A stretch of DNA of 64,000 bases from Azolla caroliniana (GCA_043228905.1 JBHGNT010000001.1:18600001-18664000), one strand, 5' to 3'; shown: positions 24,294 through 37,563, counted from the stretch's first letter. The notes: generated from the sequence alone by a model not told the origin. A program made the numbers and translations.

Positions 24294-24953
24294 TGTCGTG
24301 AAGAAAACCGGCCTTAAGAGGAATTGGAGGATGAAGCGGGTGAACCGGCCTTTACATGGGGACACGCACATTACTAACTTTGTACATAACTAGGAGTAGG
24401 TCAACGCAATGTAAATATACTACGAAGAATATATTTATTAACTAGAAAATCGAAGTGTATCTTTGCCAAATGGGACAAAGAATAAAGAGGATGAAAGCAG
24501 GATGTGACAGTCCTATAAAAGGGAGGGGGGAGGAGGCTGAAAGGTTACTACATGTTTTGAGGGGAAGGAGGTGCTATCGGACTAGGAACCGAGCATCTGT
24601 CTTTTGTTTCCTGTTTTCGGTCTTCTGTTTTTTTTGTTTTTGGATTTCGTTTTCCTGTCTCCCGATCTTGGGATTTTGTTGACTTGGACGCACAGACGTC
24701 TCTATTCGCGTAGGAAGCTCAAGTGCTCCCGGTAGAGGCCCTGTTGCGTCACGGTTGTGGAGTGCGTGCGTTGGTAACTGAGCTCATAGCTCATCCCCAG
24801 TTGAGCCGGTTGTAATTGCCCTATTAATATAAGTTGTTTCAGTACTCTGCGTGTTCTCAGATCCTTTCTCTCATCTCCCTTCTCGCATTCCTCGGTCCAA
24901 GGCCTCTGCGGTCCCGCCTACGTTTCCTCGCATCAACGCGAAGTAACACGACG
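24294..24953 (+). repeat. 5' LTR
   Basis: TGTCGTGAAG...AACACGACG; direct repeat of 30576-31248, which carries a 13-bp insertion. Confidence 0.95.
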
Positions 24954-24955
24954 TT

Positions 24956-24971
24956 TGGTGAACCTGACGTG
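24956..24971 (+). other. Primer-binding site complementary to tRNA-Trp
   Basis: TGGTGAACCTGACGTG vs the plant tRNA-Trp 3' end CACGUCGGGUUCACCA (from memory; one G:U). Confidence 0.75.
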
Positions 24972-24997
24972 AAACAGGCAGCAGAGGAATCTTGAAG

Positions 24998-27900
24998 ATG
25001 AGAGGAACGGAACTCGTTGAGGCCATAGCGGCAGCGGTAGACCATCTAGTGAGCACTCGCGGGGGCATGGGAGCCCTTGATAGGGCCATCGAATCAACCA
25101 TTGGAGCAATAGGCCGATTTGGTGGGAAAAACGCAACAAGCTATCTTGAGGCTTACCGGTCTGAGATGGTAATGAGGGACATACCGGCGGACAAATGGTT
25201 GTCTAGATTCCCTCGGGTGGTTTCGTCAAGCATTCACGTGGAGGTGCTCGAGGTGCAGGCAGTCTGCCGAAATTGGGAGGAGTTTAAAGGACGACTCCAC
25301 GAGAGGTACGGGTACGATGACTCGCTTCGGTTGTCGAAGCGGGAGTTCATGGACTAGGTCAAGAGTCCCAGTAAAGAGAGGAATACGTTGGCACTCCTCC
25401 AGGAGTTTGAAAAGCGATTTGCTCGACTCCCGACGCTCGACCAGATCGTGCTCTATACGACCCGGGTCGTGCTCTTCGTCAAGTCGGTGAACGCGCTTGA
25501 TCGGGAAAGTGTGGGTTCTTTACTAGAGACGGATGAGGGGCTTACGGCCGATTGGGCCGTTGTCAAAGGGGTCTGCAGTTGTTTCGACAAACGACGTGAA
25601 TGGAGCGACCAAGGCCTTAGGGCAACAGGCGCGGCGGCCGGGAAGAGATCGGGGGAACCAACCCCGGCAAAAACGAAAGAGACAAGAAGGTGGTTTAAGG
25701 CTGGCGCGATCCCAACCGATGCGGTCAAGGAGCCATCTAGAGGCACGGCTCTTGAGGAGCTCACGAAGATGGTACGGGACCTCTAGATTGCGCATGCGCG
25801 AAGGGATAGCGAGGGATAGGCCCGCAACCAAAAGCCTCTGACCGATCAGCGATGTATGTGGTGCGATGCGATCGGCCACACTCGAAGGGATTGCGCGGAT
25901 TTCACAGAGGCACTCAGAAGCAATGTGGTGTACCTACGGAATGGACAGGTGCACGAGAGTGAAACTTGGGAGGCCTTGAGATGGAACATTGGTCGGGGCG
26001 GGATGAAACGGTTAATGGAGGAGTTGCGGTGCAACACGCCAAGGCCATCCATTACTCTGCATCAGCTGGTATCCAGGTTGGGACTGACGGTGGCCCGAAA
26101 CCGAAGGACTCAATGTTCTGGCCACTAATGTTGGAAGGCCTTTCTGGGGTGCGGTTGAGGAAGGAGGAAGCAGATTGCGCGGAGAAGCGGGTCTGGGAGG
26201 TTACGGGGTGGAACAATCCGGTCGAAGAAAAGACCGGTTTCGTGGAAGCGGCATGCCAGAACTACGAGGTCCTGGTAGAAGATAAGCGTGCAGGAAAGGG
26301 CAGTGGAACAGGACCCTTTAACCGGTACAACACCCGGAGCGGACTGAAGAAGAACAATGCGGAGGCCTCCGGCTCACAGGAAAGAGCAAAACCGGCGGGT
26401 TACCGACTAGGTTCCGAAATAGAAAGAGCAACGGACTTACGAAAGGTCCTCGAGGAACGGATCCTTGATAGTCGGGTAGAGTTATCTCTGCGGGAAGTGT
26501 TAGGGATCACCAAGAAGGAGTTCCACGACTCCATCGTGGAGTTAGTGAAGCGCAAGAGGCTCGTGACCAAGCCGGAGCCGAAGAAACCTGTGGAGGTGCG
26601 CACAGCGCGCCTAGAAGATGCGGTCGTGGAAGACGAGAGGTGGCTAAGAGCCATTACTTGAAGTCGCACTCGACAAGTGCAACCATGGAGATCCCCATTC
26701 GGATCGAGGACGTCCAAGAACCGGTGGTAGCCCTAGTGGACCACGGGTCCGACATCAACCTGATGTCCATGGATTTCTACAAAAAGGGGAAATGGCTGAT
26801 CAACACCAATCACGGGTGGAAGATACGCGCAGCCACGTGTGCCACGAAGGAGCTACACAGGGCATGCCCAAACATGCGAGTAAAGATCGGGGATGTCGAG
26901 ATAGATCAGCATTTTTTCGTGCAAGAGACCTCTTTGCACCCGGTGATTCTCGGAGAACCATACATTACGGCAACCCGTATGGAGACGAAGGTACTAGACA
27001 ACGGCTTGGCATATGCGCGAGTGAAGAGCTAGGACGGGCGTAACTCCATCCAATTTTTGATGGTTCGCCCTAACCACGAGCGTAATCGTGGATCTCTCAG
27101 CGGTAATGACCGGGAGGATTTTTGAAGAGGGCTGCCAAGGCGTGGGGCCACGGTAGTCCGGACAACCCCGAGAGACCCCACACGTGTACCATAGGTAAGA
27201 AGTTTTGGTTCTCTGACATTAGAGGTTGTACTATAGCCAACATCAGCGGCCGGGAAAAGAGAAAGGTCGAGGAACGTCTGAGGACGTGCGGTGCCTTGGC
27301 TCCGGCAACGAGATCGGTAGCGCCGTGGAGGCGGTCTCATTCGATGACACCCTAGGAGAGATCGGTAGGGTAGCCAATGATGGTCTAAGTGAAGATCGGG
27401 TCATCCCGATCAGTACCGTGGAGATGTATGAAGTCATCGCGGACTACGGAGAGATGATCGAGTCGGAGGGGACGGCCCAAGTCAACACCAAGTACAAGAC
27501 TATGGACCGGAAGGTAAGACCAGTCGCAGCTCCTTTGCCGGAGGGCAATGAGGAGCGAATGAAAGGGGTCGCGTTGGACCCAACCTTACGAAATCTGGCC
27601 AGCATAGGACACCGGTTCTCCAACGAGACGCTACGAGAGCTAAAGATCGGTGGGGGTGGCTTCCTATTGTCGGCGGAGGAGGAACGTTTTCGGAGGATGC
27701 TCAGAACGCATCAGAGGGCCTTTGCATTCTTGCCAGAGGAGATCGGGTGCATCGACCCGACGATCGTAGAACCGATGGTTATCTTCACGGTACCGCATGT
27801 GCCGTGGAATCTCAAACCAATTCTGGTACCCGGAGCTCACATCCCGACGTTGATGGAGCTACTGAAGAAAAAGGTGGAGATGGGCATCCTCGAGCCGTCG

Positions 27901-30500
27901 AGTGCCCCATACTCGAGTCGGTGGTTTACCATGCCGAAGAAGGATGGCACGTTGCGCTTCATTCAGGACCTGTAGTTGGTCAACAAGGTGACCATTCGGA
28001 ACGTAGGGATCGGACCCACCATTGACGAGTTCGCGGAAGCCTTCGCCAGAAGGTCGATCTATTCGATCGGTGATCTGTACTCGGGTTATGACCAATTCCA
28101 ACTAGTTGTGGAGAGCAGAGACATTACGACGATGCAGACTCCCCTTGGCCTAGTGCGGATGCGTACCCTGCCACGAGGGACCAACTCGGTGGCACACATG
28201 GTGAACGCGATGAACAAGGTGCTGGGGGACTGCATCCCGGACATCACCATGCCATTTTTGGATGACGTCCCGATTAAAGGTTATCCGGTGGAAGATAAGG
28301 ATGAATCAGTTGGGCCGGAAGGATGTCGGAGATTCGTTGAAGACCACATCGGCGATTGCGAGAAGGTGCTACAGAAACTTGAGAGCGCGCGGCTCTCCTT
28401 CTCCAAAGAGAAATCGGCTTTCGGGCAATGGGAGATCCTAGTGGTCGGGCACTTGTACGGGTCTTACGGTCGGAAACCGTCTCCGGCAAAGGTAGAAGCC
28501 ACCTTCGTAATGAAGGAAGAATGCAAGTCGGTTACGGAGGTGCGGAGGTTCTTGGGTGCATGCGCATTCTACCACATCTTGATCCCGCACTACACACACA
28601 TCGCAGAGCCACTCTATGAGTTGCTGAAGAAAGGGCGTAAGTTCGAGTGGGGCAGAGAGCATGTGGAGTCGATCCGGAGGTTGAAGGAGGCGCTTACCGC
28701 AGCGCCAGCACTCCGGAAAGCTATTTACAGCAAGGAGGTCCCGATATACGTGACCGTAGACACAAGCCCGACCGGGATCGGATGGGCGATCAACTAGGAG
28801 GACGAGAGCGGCGCGAGGTTCCCCATCCGGTTCGGAGCAAAGGTACTTAGCGAGCGACAGCAAGGGTACGCCCAAGTTAAACGCGAACTCTAGGGTATCG
28901 TTTCGGCAATCAAGGCCAATAAAGACTACTTGATCGGGACGGAAGTGATAATTGAGACGGACTGCCTACTAATCCTCGGTATGGTTTCCGGATGCACGAT
29001 GCCAGACGTGGCGATGCTCAGGTGGATAGCATACATTAAGTCCCTGAATCCGAAGATACGGCACATCTCCGAGAAAGACAATGCTATGGCCGACATGCTT
29101 TCAAGAGCAAGGTTCGACGACGAGGACGGCATGGTATCAGAGGACGAGGAAGTCGGCGTAGACTTCTTCAAGTCGGCTTACATGGCGACAAGGGCAAGGA
29201 GCACTCCGACACTTAACGACGAAGGCGAGTACAGCATGGAGTGGCTCCAGATCGGTAGGTTCTTGAAGACAATGACGCCAGATGCAGCGTGGACAAGAGA
29301 CAAAACGAAGTGAATCCGAAAGAAGGCGTATCGGTTCTTCTTGCGAGACGGGAACATATGGAAGCACCCGAAAAAGTGATGCGACGTTCCGCTCCGCGCA
29401 ATGGTAGGAAAGGAAGAGCAGAATGCATTGTTGACGGCGTACCACGAGAGTCCTTGGGCCGAACATCGCGGGACGTGGGCCACATTCGAGAAGCTGAAGG
29501 AGAAGTATTGGTGGTCGGGGCTATACCGCAACGTGCATCAGTCTGTGATCCGACATTGAGACGAGCTACACCCGACCTACCCGCCGACTATCCATGTCAA
29601 ATGGATGGTAGACTTAGTGACGATGTCGATGGGGGTACGGCAGATGCGGTACCTGGTGCTTGCGCGAGAGGACTTGACAAACCAAGTGGAGGGCCGCGCA
29701 CTGCAAAATAAGATGACTACGATTGTGTGCTAGTTTCTGATCGAGGAAGTGATATGTCGATACGGGTGTGTGGGAAAGATCGTGGCTGACTGGGGAGAGC
29801 TGGATGCACAGGAAGCCGAAGAATTGTTCACTTGGTTAGGGGTCAAGCTCTCCCTCACAATGGCGTACAATCCAGAAGCTAACGGGAAGATAGAGCACGG
29901 GCACGGACCGGTTGTGAAGGCGTTAGTATCAGCATGTGAAGGGCGAGTTGAGAATTGGTCGCGGATCCTACCTTACGCATTGTGGGCGAACCGAACCACG
30001 CATAGTTCGGTAACTAGGTTCATGCCGATAAAGCTAATGTACGAGCAGAAGCCGATCATGCTGATGGAGCGAACGATCTCCTCCTAGGCTGTTGTGGACT
30101 GGAAAGACGAGATGAGTCGGGAAGAGCTGTTGGCGGCACGGATTTGCCAGCTCGAGCGAAGACCAGAGGACGTGGACCGGGCAAAGACGAAGCTGCACGC
30201 GGCGAGGGTGAAGAATAAAGGCCGGTTCAACCGGACACACCAGCTACGATCGAAGAAGATCGAGGAAGGCGACTAGGTGTTGGTTTACGAGGAGGTGGTT
30301 CGGGCCCTACCCCGTAACGAGCGCAAACGACAACGGCACTTACCATCTCACAGAGCTCAACGGGACGCGAATAGTGGTGTCGCTAGCCGGGAAGAGGGTC
30401 AAGGCCTTCAAGAAGTGGCATGAAGACGAGCCTGACCCGGGGAGTGTAGACGACGATGACAACCGGTTCGGAGCAAGTGAAGATTCGGAGGGTGACGGAT
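24998..30500 (+). pseudogene. Gypsy gag-pol
   Basis: GRFGGKNAT gag; CMWCDAIGH..RDC knuckle; LVDHGSDIN protease; DLYSGYDQF and PFLDD RT; VDTSPTGIGW RNase H; integrase YNPEANGKIE. Many stops. Confidence 0.92.
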
Positions 30501-30575
30501 GAACGCGAGCCGGTTTTCTCCGGTATTTGTTCCTTTCTGGGCATGCTGGTGGATGCACAGTTTGGTGGGGGTGGA

Positions 30576-31248
30576 TGTCGTGAAGAAAACCGTCCTTAAG
30601 AGGAATTGGAGGATGAAGCGGGTGAACCGACCTTTACATGGGGACGTGCACATTACTAACTTTGTACATAACTAGGAGTAGGTCAACGCGATGTAAATAT
30701 ACTAGGAAGAATATAGTTATTAACTAGAAAATCGAAGTCTATCTCTGCCAAAAGGGATAGAGAATAAAGAGGATGAAAGAAGGATGTGACAGTCACTCCC
30801 CAGCGGCCTATAAAAGGAAGGGGGGAGGAGGCTGAAAGGTTACTACATGTTTTGAGGGGAAGGAGGTGCTATTGGACTGGGAACCGAGCATCTGTCTTTT
30901 GTTTCCTGTTTTCGGTCTTCTGTTTTTTTTGTTTTCGAATTTCGTTTTCTTGTCTCCTGATCTTGGGATTTTGTTGTCTTGGACGCACAGACGTCTCTGT
31001 TCGCGTAGGAAGCTTGAGTGCTCCCGGTAGAGGCCCTGTTGCGTCACGACTGTGGAGTGTGTGTGTTGGTAACTGAGCTCGTAGCTCATCCCCAGTTGAG
31101 CCGATTGTAATTGCCCTATTAATATAAGTTGTTTTAGTACTGCGCGTGTTCTGAGTTCCTTTCTCTCATCTCCCTTCTCGCATTCCTCGGTCCAAGGCCT
31201 CTGCGATCCCGCCTACGCTTCCTCGCATCTACGCGAAGTAACATGACA
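30576..31248 (+). repeat. 3' LTR
   Basis: TG...CA, after the PPT and before TSD CCGT. Confidence 0.95.
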
Positions 31249-32385
31249 CCGTGATAATGGGTCCTCATTAGAGGATGCTCATTCTAGTGTCAGAAGCTAT
31301 AAAGAATATACTAGATAAAAAAATATAGGTGCTGGTGAAAATGGATGTGCATGTTTCTAGTCTACTCAAATTTATGGCATTTCCATGTGGAGTACTCAGT
31401 TGTTTGATTTGTGCCAATTCAAAAAAAGTAAAAGAGATTTACTTGGGAGTATAGTAACGAGGGCTAGGACATTATCTCATACTTTTCTCTTTAATTACAT
31501 ACAGATGGAAGTGTTCATATTTGGATAGAGAATGCTAAATCCAAAGAACAAGGGTTCAAACTTATTACCAACTTAATTTGATTCAATACATGGATGTAGA
31601 AGAGATTCTCTTGAAGTATAGTAACATCAAGCGCTAAATGCATCACTTCATACTCGGAAGAAAAAAAGCTTGTTAATCACAAAACCTTCACTTGAAAGGT
31701 AGCAACATGAAGGGCTAGGTGCTTTGCCTCATACATAGGGAGAAAAAATTCTCATTTATCACATACAATCAAAGTTTTTGTATTAGGACAGAATGCTTAA
31801 TCCAAAGAACAGGAGTTCAAACATATTAACATATTACCAACTCAATTTCATTCAGTACATGCCATCCATGCATTCAGCCTTGCTATAGATGCTATAAACA
31901 GTATTTCTACAAAGAACTCATCTACAGTATATTAGAGGCAGAACTTGGACCATTTTTCCGATTCTATTCATACAAGGAACTCGTATTAATATAGTAGAAT
32001 CAACAGTTGAATCATTAGACACGACAAATTTGTAATTAAGAGTATAGTGGTACCAATTCATATGCCTAGAGTCCTTAACAAGAAACGAGATAATTATTCA
32101 TCCATATGCCTACACTTTGTAACAAGATAATACAAGGAATTTCCTTCTCGTGATGCAAGTCAATGCCAGACGTACACCGCCCGTGGATATGTCTGCTCAT
32201 AGACAACACAGATGAGTGAATCATAGTGAAAGTCTCATTACGAGTTATTTACAGGGGGGAGAATTTACATCACATGAATTGGGATTCGCGAAGAGCAAAA
32301 AGCTTCGTTTATAGCTCCATAAGCAAGGACCTCAAATGACCATTTGACCATACACCATTTTAATGAACCCCAAGTGAAGCAAAAA

Positions 32386-33727
32386 CTAGTTGAGGCGCCG
32401 TCTCTTTCGGGCATGAAAACATTCAGCTTCCACATCAAAGGACCCAGATGCACTGTTATGCCAAACTCTCCATGATTGTTGCAAATCGCCAGTTGAAGAA
32501 TGCCCAATGGGAGCGTCTTCAGACTCAATTGAAGTTGCCAAAGACCTAATTGGTAGTTGATTCGATTCCAGAGTAACAGTATGGGGGGAAGTACCCAAAT
32601 TTAGTGAAGTAAGTGAATGTGATGTAGTTGTCAAATGAGCTGATGGAGTAACCAAATCCGAGGGAATAACCAATTGTGGAGTAACCAAATGTGAAGACAG
32701 TACAACTGAATGTAACTGATCATTGTCCACATTGGCCAACAAATCCGAATCAATTCCTTGAGAGAAGGATAACCTCTCGTTGGAAGAAGACGAATATGGT
32801 ATTGGCAATCCAGACCCTCCACCCTGATCACGGTTGCTTTCAATGATATTTTCTACATTTTCTTGCATAGTGGGGTGTTGCATTTGTATGTGATCCTCCG
32901 AACTTGTTAGGAGTTGTGCCGCAACAGCTTCTAAGGCAGCAAACGAACGAAAAGCATTTCCTCGTCGCCCCATCATCCGTTGCCGCCACCTCAGCCTCAG
33001 TCTTTCATCCAGATGCTCCCTTTGCAATCTTTGTGCAATTCTCAGCCTATTCAATATAAGCTCAGCACTTCTTGATGCCTCTGCTTCACTACTCTCTGCT
33101 TGTGATGAATCTTGCCTTGCTATACTATCTATTTCATTGGATCTTTCACGGATTGGGTTATCATTATTTGTATGAATTAACCTTTCATGAACGAATGTCT
33201 CTGGAAATTGCATTTTGTCATTAATACGGTGAGCATGAGGTCGTGGAGGGGTATTTCCATGTGGTCTATCACTTGCCTCCGAAGTACCTCTACCATATAT
33301 AGGGGTAAGCACATCATCGGATAAAAAGCCTTTGCATACAGGGCATTCTTTTTGGCTGGAATGAAAATGTAACCATTGATAAATGCAAGACCAGCAAAAG
33401 AGATGCCCACAGCAGCTGACAACGGGCTCCACTGCCATTTCGAGGCATATATTGCATTCAAAATGAGCTCCTCCGGAGTTACCATGGATTTTCTTATCTT
33501 CTTCGTCATTATGCCTGGAAAATGAAGGGTTTTGTGTCCTCGGGGTTTGAAGTCTGGAAATTATTGGGAATGGAGTACTGATTGTAGCTGAGGGAATGGT
33601 AATCAGAACCCTATTTTCATCTGGTGATACATGACCAGCAGAGGATTCACGTGTTTCTACCATATCTCTAAGAGCAGCAATAAGAGCTTGTCTTGGTCGT
33701 CGTGGATAGCGTGTGTGACGAGAACTC
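32386..33727 (-). CDS. C3HC4 RING E3 ubiquitin ligase (RMA1/RNF5-type RING), exon 2
   Basis: FECNICLEMAVEPVVSCCGHLFCWSCIYQWL...ECPVCKG...PIYGRG...PPRP; C-terminal KRRRLN. Acceptor ggtag| at 33728; an in-frame alternative cttag| at 33746. Confidence 0.9.
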
Positions 33728-33815
33728 CTACCAAAAACCCAAGATCTAAGAACAAACCAAAGACATTTAAATAATAGCAATTACTAGCTAGCCAGAAGTT
33801 GGAAAATACTCAAAC

Positions 33816-34642
33816 CTCAATGTTTGTAGAGAGGTTTGAGATGATGAACCTTCTTCTCCATATTGATTTTGATACCTTTCAGAATGCCTGATACCATCAT
33901 CATTGTCATTGGTGTTCGTATTCACATCTGTCTGCCATGCAACTCTGTTACCATTGTGATTGGTGTCCATGTTCACACCAGTCTCTGGTGCAACTCTGAC
34001 GACGTCATCATTATCGATGTCTGCATTCAGATTTGTCTGTTGTGATGTTCCGATACTATTGTCATTGATGTTTACATTTACATCTCTTTGACTCAAAGCT
34101 CTGACACCTTCATCTTCATCAATGTTCACACCCACATCTCTCAGTCGCAAAGCTCTGATGGCATCATCACCTTCAATGTCTGCATACGCACTTGTCTGTC
34201 GCGAAGCTCCAATACTGTCATCAATATCATCATTCACACCTATCTGTCGTGAAGCTCTGAATCCATCATCATCATCATTGATATCCCTCATCACATTTGT
34301 TTGTTGTGAAGCTCTGGTTGCATCAGCATTGATGTTCATGTCCACACCTGGCAGTTGCAAAGCTCTGATACCGTTGTCAAGCGGATGGAGATCTCTTCGG
34401 CCAAAGTTAGAGGAGATTTGATCTTCACTCATCTCGTGTTCATGTTCTTGACCTCCATCTAACATCCGAGGTTCAAATCTTGGCCAACTCTGTCTAGAAA
34501 CAGGGGCAAAAGGACCATGGAAACCACCTTGCCCTCTTCCTAGAGCAAGTTCTAAGACAAACGAAGGACCAAGATTTAAATTCAGATTCAGATCAACGGC
34601 CATTGTTGAAGAAGAAGAGGAAACTGGATCCACCTCCACCAT
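33816..34642 (-). CDS. RING E3 ligase, coding exon 1
   Basis: ATG at 34642; EAR-like motifs DLNLNL and LELALG. Donor GTTTGAG at 33815; the 88-bp intron restores the frame (AG|G AGT TCT), giving ~722 aa in total. Confidence 0.8.
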
Positions 34643-34656
34643 ATCTACTTCAGGTC

Positions 34657-35506
34657 CTGCAATTACACTATAAACAGATATGTCTTAGAGAGACACAACG
34701 TTCTTTCTTCTTCTTACTTGACAAATTCTTCTCTTTTCAAAAAATGCTTTCTTTCTTTGTTCTTCACAAAAATGACGGCACAAAAACCTTCCTTCTTTTC
34801 TGACATGGATTCCTGAATAAGTTTATTTCTTGAAACTGCTTCATATCCATGTAATCTAGAGCAGTGATCAGTTAAATGAACGAATTGGTGGTTTTTTACA
34901 ACTCCACTGAATTAGGGTTTCTTCCAGCCTTCACTGTAATATCTATTCGTTCTTCACTTAATTTAGGTCTTTTTCAGACTACACAGGATCTATCATGCCT
35001 TCACTGCATTAGGGTTTTTTAAAGACATCACTGAAATTAGAGGGTTTTCAGACCTTTCTAATATTTATCATGACCTTGACTGAATTGAGTTTTTTATTGA
35101 AGCTAAGGTACTTTCAGGGTTTCACCAAATTACTGATTTTCCATAAATTCAATGACATTAGGGTATTTTTAGGCTTCAGTCAATTTAGTATTTTCTTAGG
35201 CTTCACAGTCTGATATTTATTATGCTTACCCAGAACTTCTCGTGACTACACTGGATTAGAGTTAATATTATAGGATCTATCCTACCTTCACTGAATAATG
35301 TTTTTTCAGATCTTTCAAAGATCTGTCAGAAATTGGGTGTATGTCAATATTTCTTTGATCTGTCAAACCGCAATGAGTCAGAGTTTTTTCAATATCTTTC
35401 CAAGATATATCAGGCTCCTTTCCTTGTCTGAGATAGGGGTTTTGTTTCACGGATTTCTAAGCTCTCGGGAAGACATTAGGGCATGAGAGGAATTAAGGGT
35501 ACTTAC
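34657..35506 (-). other. Probable 5'UTR intron of RING gene
   Basis: Donor GTAAGT at 35506; acceptor TTGCAG ending at 34657, 14 nt upstream of the ATG. Confidence 0.6.
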
Positions 35507-35649
35507 AGGTGCCATGGCGATGCTTCATTCTTTCATTTCTTTGCGTTTGTTTTGTCTGTTCTTTGCTCTGTGAAATGGAAGGCGTGGAGATTCATAAAAA
35601 TCCAAACTCAAGAGGCATGCTTTTTGATATACACAATTACATCATCCAT

Positions 35650-35727
35650 CCATGCATGCATGCATCAGATACAATACATACGGATACAATATGTATATTC
35701 AATACATACATACATACATACATACAT
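35650..35727. repeat. (CATA)n/(CATG)n microsatellite near RING gene 5' end
   Basis: Read directly from the sequence. Confidence 0.8.
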
Positions 35728-37323
35728 GCCCGCTCGTGCGTATTTGCTATCAAATCATAATGGGTGAGGAATCGCGAGGGCCTGTTTCAGAGGGGGCGTG
35801 TGCGATACGCACCATCAGATATTTTCCTAAAAAAGCACACAAGTTGTCGATAACCCACCCTCTAACAGCCTCTGTCACAAGTAATTCAACGATGCATCCT
35901 TTTAGTGTCACTTATAACCTAACTTACTATCAACCGTAACCCGACTGAAAAATTTGTGTTGAGTTTGATAAACTTCAAAAAACTTCCAAGTCCATAAATA
36001 AAACTCAGAAATCAAAATCGTATTCAGACAAAGATCAAGATCTCATCATTTTAGATATTTTAAAACTCCTTCATGAAAATTAAAACTAACGCAATTCATT
36101 ACCAAATGTAAAATAAAATGTCAAAGATTATTCCAAGCAAATTTCCGTCTCAAATTTTGTCCATAATTAAAATTTGGGCCACCATTGGGCTCACCAAATT
36201 TATGTCACGAAGATACTAACGTGCGTGTGAAAATAGAGCACATCCAACAGAGACTTGAACAAAAGAGAATGGAATGGCTAAGCTCTATAGATTCAATGCT
36301 CGAGGATGTCAAAGTTTCCCAAAGAATTAGTTTTATTATCCTGGAATCCTAGTGAGAACGCAAATCTTGCGCTCGTTTGGATGTGTGCAAATTTTAATTG
36401 TGTCTAGGTATGTTCAGAGGTCCATGTGTCTATTTATATGTATGTTGAGTTTAGTGTATACAAGTAATCATTGATGAGTGAGATGGGAATTTAATTAATA
36501 ATTTATTATTATTAATGAATGAATTAATAATAATAATAATAATAATATCTTAATTTTTATATTTTATCTATCTAACTTATTTATTTTACAATGATTGATA
36601 TAATTATTAGTTATTTACTTATTATTATTATTATGTTATTTGTATTTTTTCGTTTATTTATTTACTTAATTTTACTATTATTATTATTACCTTTATTTAT
36701 CTATTTAATTTATTTTACTAAAATGTTTTTATTATTACCTTTTATATTTTAGCTTGATTTTTATTATGATATTTATTTGAGTATTGTGTGACCAATAATG
36801 ACAATGGCGGTTGCAACAGCAACAACGACAATAGTAGCTACAACAAGTGGCAGTGATGTGACAATGAGAGGCGAACGTTCGTGAGCCATACATGAACGAT
36901 GAATTTATTTATTATTAAGTAATTATTTAGTTGTTATTATTATGAATGAATCTTTATGTTACTAATGTTTTAATAAATTACAATTTTAATCTCCCATTGT
37001 GAGGAGGAACAGAAAATCTTTCATAATTTTCATTTTTGTCTTCTCAACCATTGTCTGGCTGAAAGGATGTCTGATTTGGCTAATGTAGCGGGTTCAATTC
37101 CCGTTGATCAAAAGTTTAGGAGCAGGCATAATTTCCTACTCACAAATGAATGTCGTTATGATTCTTGTTAGCTAAGCACGTGCAATCCTCCTAAGACCCA
37201 AGATACGACTCGTATCAACCCTCAATGGTATGGGATGTCAAGGCGGTTCACGTTCGTTTCCCGTCATTGTAATGGGGTGGTTGGGCAGTTTGGCACCCCC
37301 CTTTACTTTCTTTTGTCTATGAT

Positions 37324-37563
37324 TCCTTATATTTTTCTTAGTTAATTAGTTAGACTCTAACAAAATGCCTCATTCTTGTAAGATTGGTTTGATAAAGCTT
37401 TTGTCGAAGGTGCCTTCTCCATCTTCCTTTGTTTAGTTGAGGGGTATCCTTATATTTTTCTTAGTTAATTAGTTAGACTCTAACAAAATGCCTCATTCTT
37501 GTAAGATTGGTTTGATAAAGCTTTTGTCGAAGGTGCCTTCTCCATCTTCCTTTGTTTAGTTGA
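37324..37563. repeat. 123-bp tandem duplication
   Basis: tccttatatttttcttagttaattag...tttagttgagg at 37324 and 37447. Confidence 0.95.

Larger units (their letters stand above)
24294..31248 (+). mobile_element. Full-length Ty3/Gypsy element (non-chromovirus, Phygy/Selgy-like), decayed
   Basis: LTRs 24294-24953 and 30576-31248; 4-bp TSD CCGT; PBS TGGTGAACCTGACGTG; PPT ggtgggggtgga; domain order gag, PR, RT, RH, IN. Confidence 0.93.

Noticed and set aside
24857-30653. Many overlapping alternative-frame and antisense ORFs in the Gypsy (and in 57500-62250)
   Set aside because: Expected shadow ORFs in GC-rich retroelement coding sequence.
33728-33815. Two separate ORFs or a frameshifted RING pseudogene
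   Set aside because: A GT-AG intron of 88 (or 70) nt joins the two ORFs in frame.
36490-36780. Extremely AT-rich tract
   Set aside because: Low-complexity (TTA)-type sequence with no termini or structure that I could support.
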